Virus record (IMG/VR): IMGVR_UViG_3300045988_095469
Source: a virus
Length of the DNA: 34,854 bases
Direction: 5' to 3' (one strand)
The first letter of the stretch is position 1. Each line of letters opens with the position of its first letter. Made by a program: the position numbers and the translations under genes. Positions 32,624 to 34,854 of the stretch are shown piece by piece. The notes under the pieces were generated by a model. That model was given only the letters and a program-made list of their open reading frames with translations. It did no database searches and had not been told where the DNA came from.

Positions 32624-33013
32624 TTAAACACCTGCCAATCCTGTACATAATCCTGTCTGACAAAGCAGAGCATATAAGTCTTTGCTTATTGCCACTCCGT
32701 TTTGAGTATAAACATTCCATGTATTTCCAATGCTCATTGACACACCATTAAGTGAATAACTTGAAAGAACCGATTGTATTAAGTCCTCATTCTCATATTC
32801 AAAATCGGCAAGCCTACAAGTTACTTCCCTTATGATATCCTTCTGAAAAGTTGTCAAATTATCAAATCCATATCTGTTAATCCTGCCAAATGTTAATGAA
32901 TCAATGTGTCTGCTTGCCTGTTTAAGCTTACTTGCAACTTTTGTCTGTTCAATGCACCTTGAATCAGAAATTCCCAAGTAATCGCTTAATGTTGCATATG
33001 GGAAGTAAGCCAT
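32624..33013 (-). CDS. Head-tail connector protein (gp6-like)
   Basis: 129 aa. First gene after the capsid-associated genes. Confidence 0.6.
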   Translation of the reverse strand: MAYFPYATLSDYLGISDSRCIEQTKVASKLKQASRHIDSLTFGRINRYGFDNLTTFQKDIIREVTCRLADFEYENEDLIQSVLSSYSLNGVSMSIGNTWNVYTQNGVAISKDLYALLCQTGLCTGLAGV

Positions 33014-33024
33014 AGGCTCACCCC

Positions 33025-33351
33025 CTATTCAGCTTCAGCACTCTTGATTTTCTTGATAATTCCTTCTTTTGAAGTTGCGTTACCTAAATCAATGCTGTGC
33101 TCAGTTGCATATGCCTGCAATTCTTCAACTTCCATCACAGAAAATTTATCACCTTTAACTTTTTCAAGCTGAGCTTTTAACTCATCTCTTTCTGCAACTA
33201 CCTTCTCATATTCGGAGTATGGAACTGTAGCCTTAGGTGAACGTTTTAAAAGTTTTCCTTCCTCGTCAAAAATGTCATATCCCATTGCAAGATATGATTC
33301 CATTTCCACTTTGGACACTGTATAAACCTTATTTGCTTTTTTGGCTGTCAT
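33025..33351 (-). CDS. Hypothetical head-module protein with a C-terminal HeH / Rho-N-like motif
   Basis: MEVEELQAYATEHSIDLGNATSKEGIIKKIKSAE resembles an HeH/SAP-like helix-extension-helix. It lies directly after the capsid gene. Confidence 0.55.
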   Translation of the reverse strand: MTAKKANKVYTVSKVEMESYLAMGYDIFDEEGKLLKRSPKATVPYSEYEKVVAERDELKAQLEKVKGDKFSVMEVEELQAYATEHSIDLGNATSKEGIIKKIKSAEAE

Positions 33352-33365
33352 AGTTCTTCTCCTTT

Positions 33366-34262
33366 CTAGGCTGTCTTTGCGTGAATGATGCAGCCATCTT
33401 TCATAAGCTCATCAATTGCAAATGTTCCGTTTAATTTTCTGTTCTGATAAACATAATTGTCAGCTGTTCTTGAATCTGTTCCCGGTTCAAATACTGTGAT
33501 GTAGCTATATTTGTCTCTTGATACCTGACACTCCGGATCAATTAAGATATAGTCCATCTGAACAGCTGAACTATCTGCAACACATCCATTTGTAAAGTTA
33601 TAAGCACTCTTAAATCTTGCCGATGGAACTTCCTTAATCATTCCAATGTCATCAATGGAATGAACTCTTCTGTCAATTCCCTTTGCTCCACTTACTTCAA
33701 GTGTTCTCTGAATGCCCTCAGCATTCTTAAGTAACTTATAATAAGCTGGTGTGCAATAAAGAATAACTCTGTCAAGTGGAACACCTGCTTCTGTCATTGC
33801 CTCAAGGTTATCATCAAAATCAGAAAGAACATTAGCTGTAGTTAAAGCTTCTGTTTTAACTTTTGCTCCTACTCTTTTAGCTTCTGTGTAAAGCTTACTG
33901 AATGTGTAACAATCAGCCTCAGGAATAGCCTGAGTTGTCTCAAATCTTTTCTGAATGTTTGCTATTGAAACCACCATGTTTGTTTCATCAACATCCATTG
34001 GATCTATAGCAAACTCAATGTCTCTGTCGTGGTCCAATGTTTTTGTTTCATATTCATTTGAATATGTACCTGCGTTAAAACCTAAGTTGACTCTTGAATG
34101 ATCCTTATAACCACTTACTGATAACTTAGGAATCTTTAAGTTTTTTCCATTCACAATCTGAATGTCTGAATTTGAATTATACAAATCCACAGAAACCTGT
34201 GACTGACCATATAATTCTCTTAAAATGTTGCTGAAAATATCAGCGTACTGTAATGCTGCCAT
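33366..34262 (-). CDS. Major capsid protein
   Basis: 298 aa, immediately downstream of the scaffold gene. Strong AGGAGG RBS. Confidence 0.8.
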   Translation of the reverse strand: MAALQYADIFSNILRELYGQSQVSVDLYNSNSDIQIVNGKNLKIPKLSVSGYKDHSRVNLGFNAGTYSNEYETKTLDHDRDIEFAIDPMDVDETNMVVSIANIQKRFETTQAIPEADCYTFSKLYTEAKRVGAKVKTEALTTANVLSDFDDNLEAMTEAGVPLDRVILYCTPAYYKLLKNAEGIQRTLEVSGAKGIDRRVHSIDDIGMIKEVPSARFKSAYNFTNGCVADSSAVQMDYILIDPECQVSRDKYSYITVFEPGTDSRTADNYVYQNRKLNGTFAIDELMKDGCIIHAKTA

Positions 34263-34275
34263 GTATTACTACCTC

Positions 34276-34854
34276 CTATTTTTTCTTTATTCCAAAAATG
34301 CCTCTTAACAAGTCATCCTGGTTCTGATTGTTGTTATTGTTTGGAGCACCAATGGGTTTAAATCCCTGATTGTTTGTTTCTCCATTTCCTGCCGGCTTTA
34401 ATGCCGGAACATCTTCTAATACCTTGTTGATTGCAGCTTTTACTTTTTCTGCATCAACTGTTCCATTCTCTCCTGCCACATCCTTAAAATCAGCCATCTT
34501 GATTACATATGGAATCGACTTTGAATCAATGCCAAGTTCAACTGCCTGTAATGTTGCAGAATTTTCAATTGTGAGCTGTAAATTTCTGCTCTGCTCCTGT
34601 GCAAGCTGTGTCTGCATTCCTGCTACGTCAGGTTTATTCTTTGCTCTCTGTTCCTTGTAACTGTTAATTGCCTGTGTTACTTCATTTTCAGACATTCCCT
34701 GCTGCTGAAAGAACGACCTTAAAGCCGACTGCTCAGCTCTTGCAGTTCTGCTATTAACAATTCCGTCAAGCTGTTCCTGAGTGTATGTTGCACCCTGATT
34801 ATTGTTTCCAGTATTCTGGTTACTGTTACCATTTCCGGCATTATTATTCTGGTT
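34276..34854 (-). CDS. Scaffolding protein, C-terminal segment (frame open to the window end; N-terminus at 1..109)
   Basis: The frame of track ORF 34276..34695 continues upstream without a stop through 34854: ...QGATYTQEQLDGIVNSRTARAEQSALRSFFQQQGMSENE.... It precedes the capsid gene. Confidence 0.85.
   Translation of the reverse strand, partial: NQNNNAGNGNSNQNTGNNNQGATYTQEQLDGIVNSRTARAEQSALRSFFQQQGMSENEVTQAINSYKEQRAKNKPDVAGMQTQLAQEQSRNLQLTIENSATLQAVELGIDSKSIPYVIKMADFKDVAGENGTVDAEKVKAAINKVLEDVPALKPAGNGETNNQGFKPIGAPNNNNNQNQDDLLRGIFGIKKK
34800..34854. repeat. Terminal direct repeat, copy 2 (identical to 1..55)
   Basis: Same 55-mer as 1..55. This is typical of an assembly k-mer overlap on a circular molecule. 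Confidence 0.97.

Larger units (their letters stand above)
1..34854. mobile_element. Complete temperate siphovirus-like phage genome (34,799 bp unique, circularly closed or permuted)
   Basis: Full head, tail, lysis, lysogeny, recombination/replication and packaging modules are present. An exact 55-bp terminal overlap joins the ends. There is no sheath gene and the tape measure is long. Confidence 0.9.

Noticed and set aside
1-34854. Search for CRISPR arrays, a diversity-generating retroelement (RT plus TR/VR pair), a retron, a transposase, or a toxin-antitoxin pair.
   Set aside because: I saw no regularly spaced repeats, no reverse-transcriptase-like (YxDD) ORF, no long near-identical repeat pair in the fibre genes, and no transposase. 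The RHH gene at 15958..16074 has no obvious toxin partner; the next gene is an HTH.

Overview
The window is a complete, circularly closed genome of a temperate siphovirus-type tailed phage. It has 34,799 unique bp, and bases 1-55 recur exactly at 34800-34854. The host is probably a low-GC Gram-positive (Bacillota/Clostridia-like), judged from AGGAGG-type RBSs, AT-rich codons and the protein families present. Nearly all genes are on the minus strand. The linearisation point cuts the scaffold gene. Reading from high to low coordinates: scaffold, major capsid, head-tail connector set, major tail protein, G/GT chaperone with a -1 frameshift, a 1021-aa tape measure, Dit/Tal/baseplate/fibre/knob receptor-binding proteins, and a membrane protein + holin + M15 endolysin lysis cassette. 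Next comes an int-lysin intergenic region that looks like attP. A plus-strand lysogeny cassette follows: XRE repressor, ImmA-like peptidase, a Zn-ribbon/glycine-zipper/SHOCT accessory protein, and a tyrosine integrase. The minus-strand early region holds a Cro-like HTH, an unannotated RHH, an Xis-like HTH, YqaJ exonuclease, a DUF1351-like protein, RecT, a PD-(D/E)XK resolvase, a replisome organiser with internal iterons, and an orphan methyltransferase. After that come a late-regulator locus and terS/terL/portal/MuF. No tRNA, rRNA, CRISPR array, reverse transcriptase or transposase was recognised. The leads I rate highest are: (1) a MuF/gp7 head protein fused to a C-terminal domain with a near-canonical JAB/MPN metalloprotease motif, a possible virion-delivered effector; (2) the Zn-ribbon/glycine-zipper/SHOCT gene between ImmA and int, a possible exclusion or abortive-infection function; (3) a promoter-to-terminator single-gene Zn-ribbon cassette whose terminator abuts the late-activator start codon; (4) an unusually long immunity switch region holding a candidate ~100-nt structured RNA or attenuator. 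All homology calls come from motif recognition by eye. No database search was run.
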